Shown: positions 25,783 to 38,932 of the stretch, one piece after another | Layout: the number at the start of each line of letters is the position of its first letter | Position numbering within the stretch: position 1 is the first letter of the stretch | NCBI GenBank assembly: GCA_951406725.2 | Contig: OX597817.1 | Span: 11,408,001-11,472,000 of the forward strand | Source of the DNA: Octopus vulgaris | Lineage: Eukaryota | Reading direction: 5' to 3' | Length of the DNA: 64,000 bases | Notes under the pieces: model-generated | Database searches by the model: none | Told to the model about the DNA's origin: nothing | The model's input: only the letters and a program-made list of their open reading frames with translations | Program-made: the position numbers and the translations under genes

Positions 25783-27109
25783 ATGGGAAAATGCGAGCAA
25801 GAGAGGTAATATTCTTAAGATTATAAACCTAGAAAATTACAGGACAAGTTGTTACACTTGGAAAAGTTCAGGACAACTTATTACATCTGGTAAAGTACAG
25901 AACAAGAAATATTTTTTACTTAAAATATTGCAGCTAAGGATAAAATTTGAATATTAAAAATTATTTGACTTTAATTTACAAAGTAACATTATACTTAAAA
26001 AAGGTACCATCATTTTGTTAAAATATTGACACACTAGAATACTTAAAAAATGAGAGCCATAAGTACCAATAAAGCTAAAGTTTTATGCAGAGTAGAATAG
26101 TATATATGGTAGGTGCGCAACAGGTACTTAATTTATCAACCCCGAATGTAAAAGTATGTAAAGACAGACGAAATACCTATTTCTTTACTACCCACAAGGG
26201 GATAAACACAGAGGGGACAAACGAGGACAGACAAACGGATTAAGTCGATTACATCGACCCCAGTGCGTAACTGGTACTTATTTAATCGACCCCGAAGGGA
26301 TGAAAGGCAAAGTCGACCTCGGGGGAATTTGAACTCAGAACGTAACAGCAGGCGAAATACGGCTACGCATTTCGCCCGTCATGCTAACGTTTCTTATTTC
26401 TTTATTGCCCACAAGGGGCTAAACATAGAGGGGACAAACGAGGACAGACAAACGGATTAAGTCGATTACATCGACCCCAGTGCGTAACTGGTACTTATTT
26501 AATCGACCCCGAAAGGATGAAAGGCAAAGTCGACCTCGGCGGAATTTGAACTCAGAACGTAACGGCAGACAAAATACGGCTACGCATTTCGCCTGTCATG
26601 CTAACGTTTCTGCCAGCTCGCCGCCTTGAAGGCTGGTGAAGACTTGGAAATAACTTGTGAATTTGTTGTTATATGTAGATTTCACTGTAATATATAACTA
26701 ATTTTTGTATTATTCTATTTATTGTACTAATTATGTACTACTATTATTTTTATAACCTATTTTCAAATTTCTAATTATTAATTAATAATTTAAAAAACGA
26801 ATGTTTTTAAAGTGCAAAATATATTTTGTGTTATTTCTAACTTTTAATAAAAATAACGAGTAAGAACAAACAGAAGTAATAGGATGTAGTAATTTTTTTA
26901 GTTTTTATAAAAGCTAATATTTTCTAAATCTAAATATTTTATTTGAAATTTTATCCTTAGAAGCAATATTTTAAGTAAATATGTTCTTGTTCTGTACTTC
27001 CCCAGATGTAAAAAGTTGTCCTGACCTTCTCCAAGTGTAATAATTTGTCCTGTAATTTTCCAGGTTTATAATCTTAAGAATATTATTTCTCTTGCTCGCA
27101 TTTTTCCAT
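25783..27109. mobile_element. Foldback/TIR element, ~180-bp inverted repeats
   Basis: 25783-25965 vs 26925-27109 (AAAATGCGAGCAAGAGA...TAAGGATAAAATTT), diverged. Confidence 0.7.
26178..26626 (-). mobile_element. Head-to-tail dimer of SINE family B
   Basis: Two near-identical units 26178-26394 and 26395-26626, next to an older B fragment (26120-26177). Confidence 0.9.
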
Positions 27110-27114
27110 ACTAT

Positions 27115-27522
27115 TACTCTTTTACTCTTTTACTTGTTTCAGTCATTTGACTGCGGCCATGCTGGAGCACCGCCTTTAGTCGATCAAATCGACCCCGGAA
27201 CTTATTCTTTGTAAGTCCAGTACTTATTCTATCGGTCTCTTTTGCCGAACCGCTAAGTGACGGGGACGTAGACACGCCAGCATCGGTTGTCAAGCAATGC
27301 TAGGGGACAAACACAGGCACACAAACACACACACACACATATATATATATACATATATACGACAGGCTTCTTTCAGTTTCCGTCTACCAGATCCACTCAC
27401 AAGGCATTGGTCGGCCCGGGCCTATAGCAGAAGACACTTGCCCAAGATGCCACGCAGTGGGACTGAACCCGGAACCATGTGGTTGGTAAGCAAGCTACTT
27501 ACCACACAGCCACTCCTGCGCC
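27115..27522 (-). mobile_element. SINE family A, full length
   Basis: Family A sequence. Confidence 0.93.
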
Positions 27523-27778
27523 TATGTAATAACTATTTTGTATATATATGTACACATGACGTTACAAGCTGTGTTCGTTGATGGCTTTCTCTGAAAATAT
27601 TCTTTCAATCTGGTGTACGCTTAATTTCGGTTTAGCCACCAATACCTTCTTTTGTTACATTTATGGTAGACTAGCAGAAAAGGAAACCAAATGCATATAA
27701 GACATGCTAAACACTAACTTGGGAAAGGAAAGGAGCGGCTCCTCCGAAGGAACCGGAAAGATGTATGTTAAGTTAAGT

Positions 27779-28188
27779 TACTCTCTTTTTACTCTTTTAC
27801 TTGTTTCAGTCATTTGACTGCGGCCATGCTGGAGCACCGCCTTTAATCGAGCAACTCGACCCCGGGACTTATTCTTTTGTAAGCCCAGTACTTATTCTAT
27901 CGGCCTCTTTTGCCGAACCGCTAAGTAACGGGGACATAAACACACCAGCATCGGTTGTCAAGCAATGCTAGGGGGACAAACACAGACACACAAACACACA
28001 TGCATATATATATATACATATATACGACGGGCTTCTTTTCAGTTTCCGTCTACCAAATCCACTCACAAGGCTTTGGTCGGCCCGAGGCTATAGTAGAAGA
28101 CACTTGCCCAAGGTGCCACGCAGTGGGACTGAACCCGGAACCATGTGGTTGGTAAACAAGCTACTTACCACACAGCCACTCCTGCACC
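27779..28188 (-). mobile_element. SINE family A, inserted in a LINE tail
   Basis: Flanked by TTAAGTTAAGTTA on both sides. Confidence 0.92.
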
Positions 28189-28190
28189 TA

Positions 28191-28304
28191 TTAAGTTAAG
28201 TTAGTTAAGTTAATTTTTTGGCTCAAAAAGCAAAAAGCAAGGCCATGTAGGGGGACATGGAGTTATGTACATGGTGGTGTTCATGCAAAGAGTTCAGGCC
28301 ATTT
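28191..28304 (-). mobile_element. CR1-type LINE extreme 3' end, same family as 7309-7955
   Basis: Reverse complement of ~7848-7955 (GGCCTGAACTCTTT..CATGAACACCACC..CTCCATGTCCCCCTACATGGCCTTGC). Confidence 0.85.
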
Positions 28305-28812
28305 GTGTATCACATTGTGACCAACTATGTACTGAGTATAACATAGATGTCTGCTCTCCAATAGACTTTCTTTCCCTTTCGTTCTCTTTTCTTTCCTTTC
28401 TTTCTTTCTTTCTGTTTTCTTTCTCACTCTATCTTCTAACTTTTTCTCTTTTTCTGTGCTTTTAACGTATTGTATCATTTATGTTTAAACCTTGGCCGTT
28501 AGATTTTAATTACTCGTGCCATTGCGTACATTCTCATTAAGAAACATAGGCTCGAAGTGATACACTCCACCGCGTTAGAAAATTAACACATCGGCTACTG
28601 GTTAAATGACAAACGTATTATTTGCAATAGAGACATGTATAGGAGAAAAAACTTGACCATCGTATCTTATTATTCTCCCCTTCCTTTCTGAGGTTTTACA
28701 ACTCACTTTAGTAACCGCCACTGTACCATTTTCTGTACCCATCCTTCTACCTTTAGTGCCTTTCAAACATATCACCTCACCCTCACCCCTCACACATATT
28801 CATTCTTTACAT

Positions 28813-29013
28813 CAGTGGTTTTCAACCAGGGTTCCGCCAGTACAGTCCAGGGGTTCCGCAAGAAGTTACAAAAATGCTAAAATCGACAGTAATTTTAAAT
28901 TCTCCTGTGCAGATATGTGTGCATAGGACAATTAAATTATTGCACAGGGGTTCCTCGAGCCAGTGAAATGTTTTCTTGGGGTTCCGCTCCAGCAAAAAGT
29001 TTGAAAAGCACTG
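28813..29013. mobile_element. hAT (Charlie-like) MITE
   Basis: TIRs CAGTGGTTTTCAAC / GTTTGAAAAGCACTG; 8-bp TSD CTTTACAT/ATTTACAT. Confidence 0.85.
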
Positions 29014-29498
29014 ATTTACATTCTCTTCCTATCCCCTTCTCCTTTCACAACATCCTCATATCTTGACCACCAACTAACACTCCTTTTATCATTTTCTCTT
29101 CCTCTTTCTTTCTTTCTTTCTTTCTTTTTTCTTTCCTCGCCTATTCTTTTTGACCATTCTCTTCGTTTTCACATACACATCTTTCCTCTTCTCTCTATCG
29201 ACTTAACACTACCACTGCATTCTCAGAATTTCATTCACACCGCAAGACTCCTTTGTATGAACAACACATTGAATCTACGTCTCCACAATTTCCCTTTGTA
29301 ATGACAAAATATGAACTCCTATCGGAATTGACATACCATTGACAAGAAGCATTTCTACCTCTTCTACAGTCCACATTCCTTGGATAATGGAACGGCAACT
29401 ATAATATCCTACGTATATTTTTATTTTTACATCCTTTTCGAAAATAACTCCTTATACTGAATTCTACTATTTCCCCTCTATTTAAACATCTCATATCA

Positions 29499-29544
29499 TC
29501 TCTGATGAAGGGATATCCCTAATATCCCAGAAAAAGCTGTGAGA
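29499..29544 (+). ncRNA. Degenerate type I HHR motif
   Basis: TCT-CTGATGA-A-GGGATAT-CCCTA-ATATCCC-A-GAAA-AAGCTGTG-AGA; perfect 7-bp stem II, mutated stem III and triplet. Confidence 0.5.
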
Positions 29545-29613
29545 CTAACTTCTCTTTATGAATGTCCTTTGTTGTCTCATTATATTTAACACACACACAC
29601 ACACACAGACACA

Positions 29614-29679
<66 letters not shown>

Positions 29680-29905
29680 CACAATGAGGATATTTAAACC
29701 TCTTATAGGGATATTTTATCCAAGATTTACTCGTTTAATATATTATGTTTTGAAGACATATTTCTTTAAAGAATATATTGTATAATATATCTTAAAATAT
29801 CAAATATTATTATCGAGTTAGAATTTTTATTGATCAATGAAACTGATTTGTATCCATTAGATCTCTCTGTTTTCTAACTCGACAATAATATATTATATTA
29901 TATTA

Positions 29906-29957
<52 letters not shown>

Positions 29958-30284
29958 GAGAGAGAGAGAGAGAGAACACACGATGACTAGGTGTCAATTC
30001 ATTACAACCGTTTCAAATGAATGTTTTAGTTGATCAACGTGTACATTATATCCTGCGCGCCCGCGATGATTCATGCAACACCAATAAATTTGAAACATCA
30101 AAAATAATATATATAAAATTGATAAAGAAACTCTGTTCGTTTTTAGCTGCCTGCATTTGCATCATCTTGGGAAAAGGTATACAGTCGTATCAGATATCTG
30201 AAAAAATATGAGATAGTCAAGAGTTTAATGTAATTGATAATAGGCTTGTTCTCTTAGATCTCACCGGGGACTAGGAAATAAATA

Positions 30285-30610
30285 TACAGGGGTTGGACAA
30301 AATAATAGAAACACCTTAAAATTTCAAACAATTTGGCAGTAATTACATCTTGAATTCTACGAGGTATGGACTCGTACAAAGTTTGAATTTTTTACAAAGA
30401 AATTTTTGTCCATTCTTCAACTAAAACGGCCTCCAGTTCTTGTAGTGATGATGGTGGAGGATATTGGCTCCTTACTTGTTTTTCTAAAATGCAACATAAA
30501 TGTTCAATAATATTGAGATCTGGGGAATATGGAGGCCAAATAAGATGTTCGATTTCCCTAGAATGTTCCTCGTGCCATTTAGCAACAACTTTAGCTATGT
30601 GAATTGGTGC
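30285..30610 (-). mobile_element. Tc1 transposon 3' fragment with TIR
   Basis: Minus strand: APIHIAKVVAKW...WPPYSPDLNIIEHL...LQELEAVLVEEWTKISL*KIQTLYESIPRRIQDVITAK; TA + CAGGGGTTGGACAAAATAAT terminus. Confidence 0.88.
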
Positions 30611-30612
30611 TC

Positions 30613-31140
30613 TTGTTTGTCAACAACTATCGGCGGTGTATATTTCGTTTGTCACTGTTATTTATGACATCGTTCGTGCGTTTGTACTGGTTTTAAGGTT
30701 TTAGGGTTGGGGCTTTAGGGTTAGAGTTTTAGGGGTAGGGTTAGAGTTTTAGGGTTAGGGTTTTAGGGTAAGGGTTTCAGGGTTAGAGTTTTAGGGTTAG
30801 GGTTTTTGGGTTATGGTTAGGGTTAGGGTAAGGTTTTAGGGTTAGGGGTAATGTTTTAGGGTTAAGGTTGTCATAAATAACAGTGACAAACGAAATATAC
30901 ACCGCCGGAAGTTTTTGTTGACAAACAACAGCAGTAATTTTATTCAGCTGAATACACGTCATTGATTGGTTGAAATTACCGAAATAGGACAACTTTAACG
31001 TGAAATAACTTCGTAAATATAACTTTTTCTCAGAAACGCTAAGAGTAAAAGATGTTTTATGTGACACATTCTACCAGTGTCCGAAGTTTGAAAGATTTTA
31101 GATACAAAAAATTATTTTTTAAATCTGTTGGCCAAAAGGT
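30613..31140. mobile_element. Inverted-repeat element with a degenerate (TTAGGG/TTTTAGGG)n core
   Basis: 30613-30669 inverted at 30869-30928; telomere-like array 30690-30868. Confidence 0.7.
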
Positions 31141-31544
31141 AATTGTAGTAAAAGTATTCGTTGTTATCTTTTTTTCTTTTAATCTCAATAAAATTGCCTT
31201 CGCATGGCTAAGCGATAATATTTAATAAGAAATACTTAGGATATATTAATGGACATTATTGAAATACTTTTTAAATGCTAAAATAATAGAACAAAAGGAC
31301 ATTTTTTTCTGGTTTCAGTTCAGAGCTGTGGCCATGCTGAAGCACTTTACAAAATATTGTGATAGTTCGACATGAAATATATCCTCAAAGTTTTCAAGAG
31401 AACGGTAAATAAATTTAAACGATGAAATCTTCGATGATTACTGCCGAAGAATATTTTTTATTCAATACATTCTTCCTTTCCGACCAATAAAAGTGAGGTG
31501 AAATCGCCAAATTTAATTGACTTGAGAAGACATACGAGCCCGAA

Positions 31545-31651
31545 AGTGATGGGGACATAAGTGATGGGGACATAAGTGATGGGGACATAAACACACCGCC
31601 ATCGGTTGTCAAGCAATGTTAGGGGGACAAACACAGACACAAACATACACG

Positions 31652-31703
<52 letters not shown>

Positions 31704-31798
31704 TACGACGGGCTTCTTTCAGTTTCCGTCTACCAAATCCACTCACAAGGTTTTTGTCGGCCCGAGGCTATAGTAGAAGACACTTGCCCAAGGTGCCA
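31545..31798 (-). mobile_element. SINE family A fragment with 15-bp triplication
   Basis: (AAGTGATGGGGACAT)x3 followed by family A body. Confidence 0.85.
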
Positions 31799-32078
31799 AG
31801 CAAGATAGATAAAATTGAAGTTTATTTCTTCTCGGCTCAGTGAAGTTTCGAGATTTTCATTAGACGATAACATGAGAGGGAGAATCAATTCACTAAAAGT
31901 GAACATTAAAAATATTTAGCTGAAAATATCTAAGGTTCGTCATCTGAATTTGCTTACTATTCTCTTTTCGAATATTGAAAAACAAAATTGAAATCCTTTT
32001 CTTATCGCAGAATTATCAAAAATTCACTGTAAAAAATAAATGAATTATAATTTTGCATTATTTCATTTAATCTTCTAC

Positions 32079-32600
32079 GACGGCAAGGCGGCGAGCTTGG
32101 CAGAAACCTTGGCACGCAGGCCAAAATGCCTCGCAGCATTTCGTCCTTTACATTCTGTGTTAAATTCTGCCGAGGTAGACTTTGTCTTACACCCTTTCGG
32201 GATCGATAAAAAAAGTACCAGTTTCATATTTTAGGACGGCAAGGCGGCGAGCTGGCAGAAACCTTGGCACGCGGGCCAAAATGCCTCGCAGCATTTCGTC
32301 CTTTACATTCTGTGTTAAATTCTGCCGGGGTAGACTTTGTCTTTCACCCTTTCGGGATCGATAAAAAAAGTACCAGTTTCATATTTTAGGATGGCAAGGC
32401 GGCGAGCTGGCAGAAACTTTAGCACGTGGGCCAAAATGCCTCGCAGCATTTCGTCCTTTACATTCTGTGTTAAATTCTGCCGAGGTAGACTTTCTCTTTC
32501 ACACTTTTGGGATCGATAAAAAAAAGTACCAGTTGAATATTGAGATCGATGTAATCGACTTACTCACTTCCCCGAAACTACTGGCCTTCTGCCAAAATTT
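32079..32600 (+). repeat. Tandem triplication (~155 bp) of a SINE B-like unit
   Basis: Units start at 32079, 32235 and 32390 with GGCAAGGCGGCGAGCTGGCAGAAAC. Confidence 0.88.
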
Positions 32601-32824
32601 CAAACAAACATTGTATGAGGATGAGATTGCAGAATCATCACCACGTCGGACAAAATTGTTTGTGGCATTTATTCGGCTCTTTAGGTTCTGAGTTCACATT
32701 CCACGACTGTCACTTTTCCTTCCATCTTTTCAGGCTCGATAAAATAAGCATCAGTTGAGAACGCTCTCCTTGTGTCAAAATTTGAAAACAACATTTAGAA
32801 AATTAATTTTGTAATACCTATCGA

Positions 32825-33372
<548 letters not shown>

Positions 33373-33427
33373 TATATACTGACAGATGGATAGATAGATA
33401 GATACATAGATAGATAGAGAGAGAGAG

Positions 33428-33485
<58 letters not shown>

Positions 33486-33523
33486 GTAGGTAGGTAGGTA
33501 GGTAGATGGATAGATAGATAGAT

Positions 33524-33704
33524 AAGTTTCTTTATTGGCCACACAGGGCTGCACACAGATGGGACAAGTTACAAGGTAGAGCTTGATGAAGAAAACAAAA
33601 GCAAAAGAAAAAAAAGGGGGTGGCGTAGGTTTTCGATGAAGAGGGATCGTAAAAGGGAAGAAAAGAACAAAAAAAAAATAAATAAATAAAATAAAAAATA
33701 AAAA
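33524..33704 (-). mobile_element. 3' UTR fragment of the same Tx1-like LINE, within (GATA)n
   Basis: Reverse complement of ~14450-14607; GATA repeats on both flanks. Confidence 0.85.
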
Positions 33705-34946
33705 GATAGATAGATAGATAGATGTGCGCGTGCAGTATATGTATGTTGTTAATCACAAGTAATAACTCTCAAACTATTCACTTCGTCTGACAATGCAACT
33801 GCTCAGAAGATAGGACCTAATGCTGTGAACTCTAATTTTGCTACATTCTCATTAATCTCATATATTCTTTGTTTTCTTCATATTATGTCTCAGTTGTCAA
33901 CATTTTAATAAAGTCTTTATCTAGTTTCTATATTTAATTGTTACAACTAATCGGCTCACAATTTCGCCTTTAAACTGTTAATTTGTAACAATCTATTTTA
34001 GACTTAATCTGTACTCAATCGAAATTTAGAAGATTGTACAAAAGTTTTGGACAATGAACCAGGCAGCGGATCCTTCGTAGAACATGTTATTAGATTGGCG
34101 TTTAGTTTTTCTTTTATCATGGTGGGAAATAGATTAAAAAACATATAACCACTTCTTACTTTTGCCACATTATCGGTCTAATATAAGTACATTCTAACTG
34201 GTTGTCTGTTTTCTTTATTTTTCTTGCCAAGTTTTCGTCATACATTTACTAAATATTTTTTATATGTCTACTTTTTGCTTGGTTCTCTTTACCATCCATT
34301 TTGTCTGCTAACAATTTTCAACTCTAGAATTGTTTAGCACTTGTTAGCCTTGTAAGTAAGGAAGATGTTTCCTTTTGTTTTTCTACTGCCTTTCTACATT
34401 GTATTTTCTAACTACAAGTATATATTTATCTTTATTGCATATGAAGTATTTTTACTGGCTTGTTTTTTTCCTGCTCTTACGCTATCGACCGATTTTATGT
34501 TCTTTTGTCTTCCAGATTTTTCGGATAAAAAAAGAATTACATATATTCTTTACTCATCAGTTGAAATAATGTTCTTTTTCTTATTTCCATATTATCATAT
34601 ATATTTTATCTGTCTAGACATTTACTCTTAAATAAATTCCAGCAATATTGGAAGCGTGTCAGAGTTATGTATTTCATATGCAGTTGAGTCGTGCTGTTAA
34701 CTAAGAGAAAAAAAGTTCAATGTCGGTTAACATACTTTTTTGCAATATTAATATCACACTAAAATTAATCGATATTTTAAAAGTAGGGCAATGGTAGAAA
34801 CGATGAAACATATCGTTTTAGCTTCTGCATTGTAGATAGTTCTATCACTCTATGTATATGTTCAAATTTCGCTGGAATCGGTAAAAGACGTACTTGTCAT
34901 TTAAAGCGGTCTATTCGACTGACTATATGAAATGTGTTGGATCTTT

Positions 34947-35332
34947 TTTTCTTTCACTTGTTTTAGTCATTTGACTGCGGCCATGCTGGAGCACCGCCTT
35001 TAGTCGAGCAAATCGACCCCGGGACTTATTCTTTGTAAGCCCAGTACTTATTCTATCGGGTCTTTTGCCGAACCGCTAAGTGACGGGGACGTAAACACAC
35101 CAGCATCGGTTGTCAAGCAATGCTAGGGGGACAAACACAGACATACACACACACACACGTATATATATATACATATATACGACAGGCTTCTTTCAGTTTC
35201 CGTCTACCAAATCCACTCACAAGGCATTGGTCGGCCCGGGGCTATAGCAGAAGACACTTGCCCAAGATGCCACGCAGTGGGACTGAACCCGGAACCATGT
35301 GGTTGGTTAGCAAGCTACTTACCACACAGCCA
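34947..35332 (-). mobile_element. SINE family A
   Basis: Family A sequence, a few head bases missing. Confidence 0.92.
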
Positions 35333-35475
35333 TATACTAACATAAGTAATTAAGGAATCTATATTTGATTTGTTACATAAACCAGTAAAATATGGAAGAC
35401 GGAATAATGTGTTATGTTCCTTCGTTAACATATGTTTGTGATGTTACTGAAACGAAGTGAAAGTACACAACCATA

Positions 35476-36043
35476 GGCGCAGTAGTGGCTGTGTGGTAAG
35501 TAGCTTGTTTACCAACCACATGGTTCCGGGTTCAGTCCCACTGCGTGGCACCTTGGGCAAGTGTCTTCTACTATAGCCTCGGGCCGACCAAAGCCTTGTG
35601 AGTGGATTTGGTAGACGGAAACTGAAAGAAGCCCGTCGTATATATGTATGTGTATATATATATATGTATATATATATGTATATGTATATATATATGTATA
35701 TATATGTGAAGGCGCATGGCTCAGTGGTTAGAGCGTCGAGCTTACGATCGTGAGGTTGTGAGCTCGAATCCCGGACCGGGCTGCGTGTTGTGTTCTTGAG
35801 CAAGGCACTTTATTTCACGTTGCTCCAGTTCACTCAGCTGTAGAAATGAGTTGCGACGTCACTGGTGCCAAGCTGTATCGACCTTTGTCTTTCCCCTGGA
35901 TAACACTGGTGGCGTGGAGAGGGGAGGCTGGTATGCATGGGCGACTGCTGGTCTTCCATAAACAACCTTGCCCGGACTTGTGTCTAGGAGGGTAACTTTC
36001 TAGGTGCAATCCCATGGTCATTCATGACCGAAGGGGGTCTTTA

Positions 36044-36081
<38 letters not shown>

Positions 36082-36306
36082 TGTGTGTGTTTGTGTGTCT
36101 GTGTTTGTCCCCCCTAGCATTGCCTGACAACCGATGCTGGTGTGTTTATGTCTCCGTTACTTAGCGGTTCGGCAAAAGAGACCGATAGAATAAGTACTGG
36201 GCTTACAAAAGAATAAGTCCCGGGGGTCGAGTTGGTCTATTAAAGGCGGTGCTCCAGCATGGCCGCAGTCAAATGACTGAAACAAGTGAAAGAGAGTAAA
36301 GAGAGT
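35476..36306 (+). mobile_element. SINE family A split by a nested SINE
   Basis: 5' half 35476-35706; 3' half 36046-36306. Confidence 0.9.
35708..36045 (+). mobile_element. tRNA-derived SINE family D (Arg-like head), nested
   Basis: TGGCTCAGTGG A box, GAGCTCGAATCC B box, TTACGAT in the loop region; older relatives on the minus strand near 54600-54705 and 60700-60822. Confidence 0.85.
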
Positions 36307-36572
36307 AACCAAATTCGACTGACATTAGTTCACAGAATCGGTTTCTCAATATTCGATACATATATATTTATTGCGTTCAGCAATCTTCTACCTAACTTCT
36401 TAAATTAATTATCCTAATTGATGCCCCCAAGTTATCTCCTTAGCTGATTTTATGTATGATTATAAAATTATACGGACTAAAACTTATTCGTAAATCTTTC
36501 TCTCTTTTCGTAAACGTCTATGTCAGCTGATCGTTGCGCTTGTTCTATACTGAACTGATGAGGCGAGCGATG

Positions 36573-36804
36573 AGGCGGCGAGCTGGCAGAAACGTTAGCA
36601 CGCCGGGCGAAATGCGTAGCCGTATTTCGTCTGCCGTTACGTTCTGGGTTCAAATTCCGCAAAGGTCGACTTTGCCTTTCATCCTTTTGGGGTCGATAAA
36701 TTAAGTACCAGTTACGCACTGGGGTTGATGTAATCGACTTAATCCGTTTGTCTGTCCTTGTTTGTCCCCTCTGTGTTTAGCCCCTTGTGGGTAGTAAAGA
36801 AATA
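36573..36804 (+). mobile_element. SINE family B with 18-bp TSD
   Basis: TATACTGAACTGATGAGG at 36546-36563 and 36805-36822. Confidence 0.92.
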
Positions 36805-37829
36805 TATACTGAACTGATGAGGTCAAATAGAGCGAAACAATTGTTCTTTGCTTCAAAGTAAGGTTTCTCTTTCGCCTTAGAATATAACTGAACTTTGAGA
36901 TATTAATTTTTCATTTCTTGAAAGTGTCTCTCCTCAGTTTTTTTTTTTTTTTTTCGAGAGCCGCTGACAACTCGCTGACAACTCGCTGACAATCGCCGTT
37001 AGGTTTTATTGATTCATTTGTTTTATTCTGTGCGAAAATTTCTAATTAATTAAGCATTTTTGAAACGATTTCCAATAAATCAGCCCTTAACTTAATTGCC
37101 TAAAGTCTTGATATTGGTCAGTTTTAGTTATTCCTCTTAGCTCATGATATGTATGACTGATTTCTAGCATTGGTACTCAACCAAGAATGTGTTAGGAAAG
37201 AGAGCATGTCGCTGAATTGGTCAGTTCCCTTTTCAGCATGTATTTATTGCCATACTTCAGTGAATAAAGAGCAAGGGGAATTTGGCTGCTTCATACAGAG
37301 TTCTCTCTGATGCAAGTTATTTGGGACAGATCTCTGGTCTGAAGATAACTTCCTTCCTTTTTCCTTCCTTCCTTCCTTCCTTCCTTCCTGCCTTCTTTCC
37401 TTCCTTCTTGTCTTCCTTTAATTAATCTCAAAACCTTGCCAAAGTGGCATGGCACTGTTTTTCATCCTTTAATTCATGGAAACAACACCAGTGGGTCGTT
37501 GAACTAAGTGCTTATAAAAGATGTATCTAAATTAAAAAAAAAAAGGCATTTACTCATGCACCATACCGTTTCTGACGCACCGCAGCGTGTTTTGAGATTT
37601 ATTAAACAAGTCTTGATAAATGATATTGTTTAAAAGTGTAACGAAATAATTTATGGAAATTCTCGTGAAGTCTTTACAAAATTTGCTAGTATAAATGGTA
37701 GGCGATAATCTGTGTCACCCAACATGAAAATGCTAATGAAAACAAGGAATAACACAAACAAAGAAAAGAGGAAGAAGTCTTCGACTACAAAGATGCGTTT
37801 ATTTTTTTTAACATTCACTAGCATGTTGC

Positions 37830-37978
37830 CTTCTTCTTCTTCTTCTTCTTCTTCTTCTTCTTCTTCTTCTTCTTCTTCTTCTTCTTCTTCTTCTTCTTCT
37901 TCTTCTTCTTCTTTTTCTTCTTCGTCTTTTTCTTCTCCCCCTCCTCCTCCTTCTATGTTTTTGTTGTTGTTGTTGTTT
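37830..37978. repeat. (TTC)n/(TCC)n/(TTG)n microsatellite
   Basis: Seen directly. Confidence 0.95.
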
Positions 37979-38439
37979 CAACCCTAATATGGTAATTTCG
38001 GATGCCTTACACAATCTGCAAAGGTCACAAAATGGCCGACATATAGCGTTCTCACATTCTTTTTACAGGGAGCCTTTAGTTTTTCATGGACAACTTCCTA
38101 CACTGATATAAAGAATTCGTATCAAATGTTTCCTAGAATGAAAATATATATAAAAAAAAACTATTATTATTATTATTATTATTGTTGATGTTTTTTTGTT
38201 GAAAATATTATTAGTGCTAATATTAATACAAAATAAGAATAATGAATACTTCTTTTAAAATATGATAATATCAAGGGAAATTCTTAACATTTTTAAAAAG
38301 TAAAATAATTTAAAACATGTGCCTTGCTGTACGCAGGAGATAGGAGGAAATATACATTACGGTAAGAAAAAAATAATACCAGAAACTGGGAACATGAAGT
38401 GCAAATAGCAATAGGATCAACAGGAGCAGCATTAGTATA

Positions 38440-38670
38440 TCACCAGCACCACCACCAACAGCACCACCACCGACAACACCAACACGACCTCCACCACCAC
38501 CACCACCACCAGCAATACTACTAATAGTACCATCACCAACACCATCAATACCACCACCAGTACCAATAACACTGCCAGAAACACCATCAAAACCAACACC
38601 ACCACCACCACCACCAACACCAATATCATCATCCACAGCAACAGTCAACATCGTCGTCATCATCGTCTTC

Positions 38671-38706
<36 letters not shown>

Positions 38707-38784
38707 ATAATAGTAGTAGTAGTAGTAGTAGTATAGTAGTAGTAGTTATAATAATAATAATAGTAGTAGTAGTAGTAGTAATAA

Positions 38785-38831
<47 letters not shown>

Positions 38832-38872
38832 ATAGTAGTAGTAGTAGTGGTAGTAGCAGCAGCAATAGCTGC

Positions 38873-38931
<59 letters not shown>

Positions 38932-38932
38932 A
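38440..38932. repeat. Degenerate (CAC)n and (TAG)n trinucleotide arrays
   Basis: Seen directly. Confidence 0.93.

Noticed and set aside
30690-30868. True telomere or chromosome fusion site
   Set aside because: Short, degenerate, single orientation and enclosed in inverted repeats.
38005-38135. Exon-like segment with splice-like signals on either strand
   Set aside because: Minus-strand frames all stop; the plus strand has no convincing donor or protein similarity.
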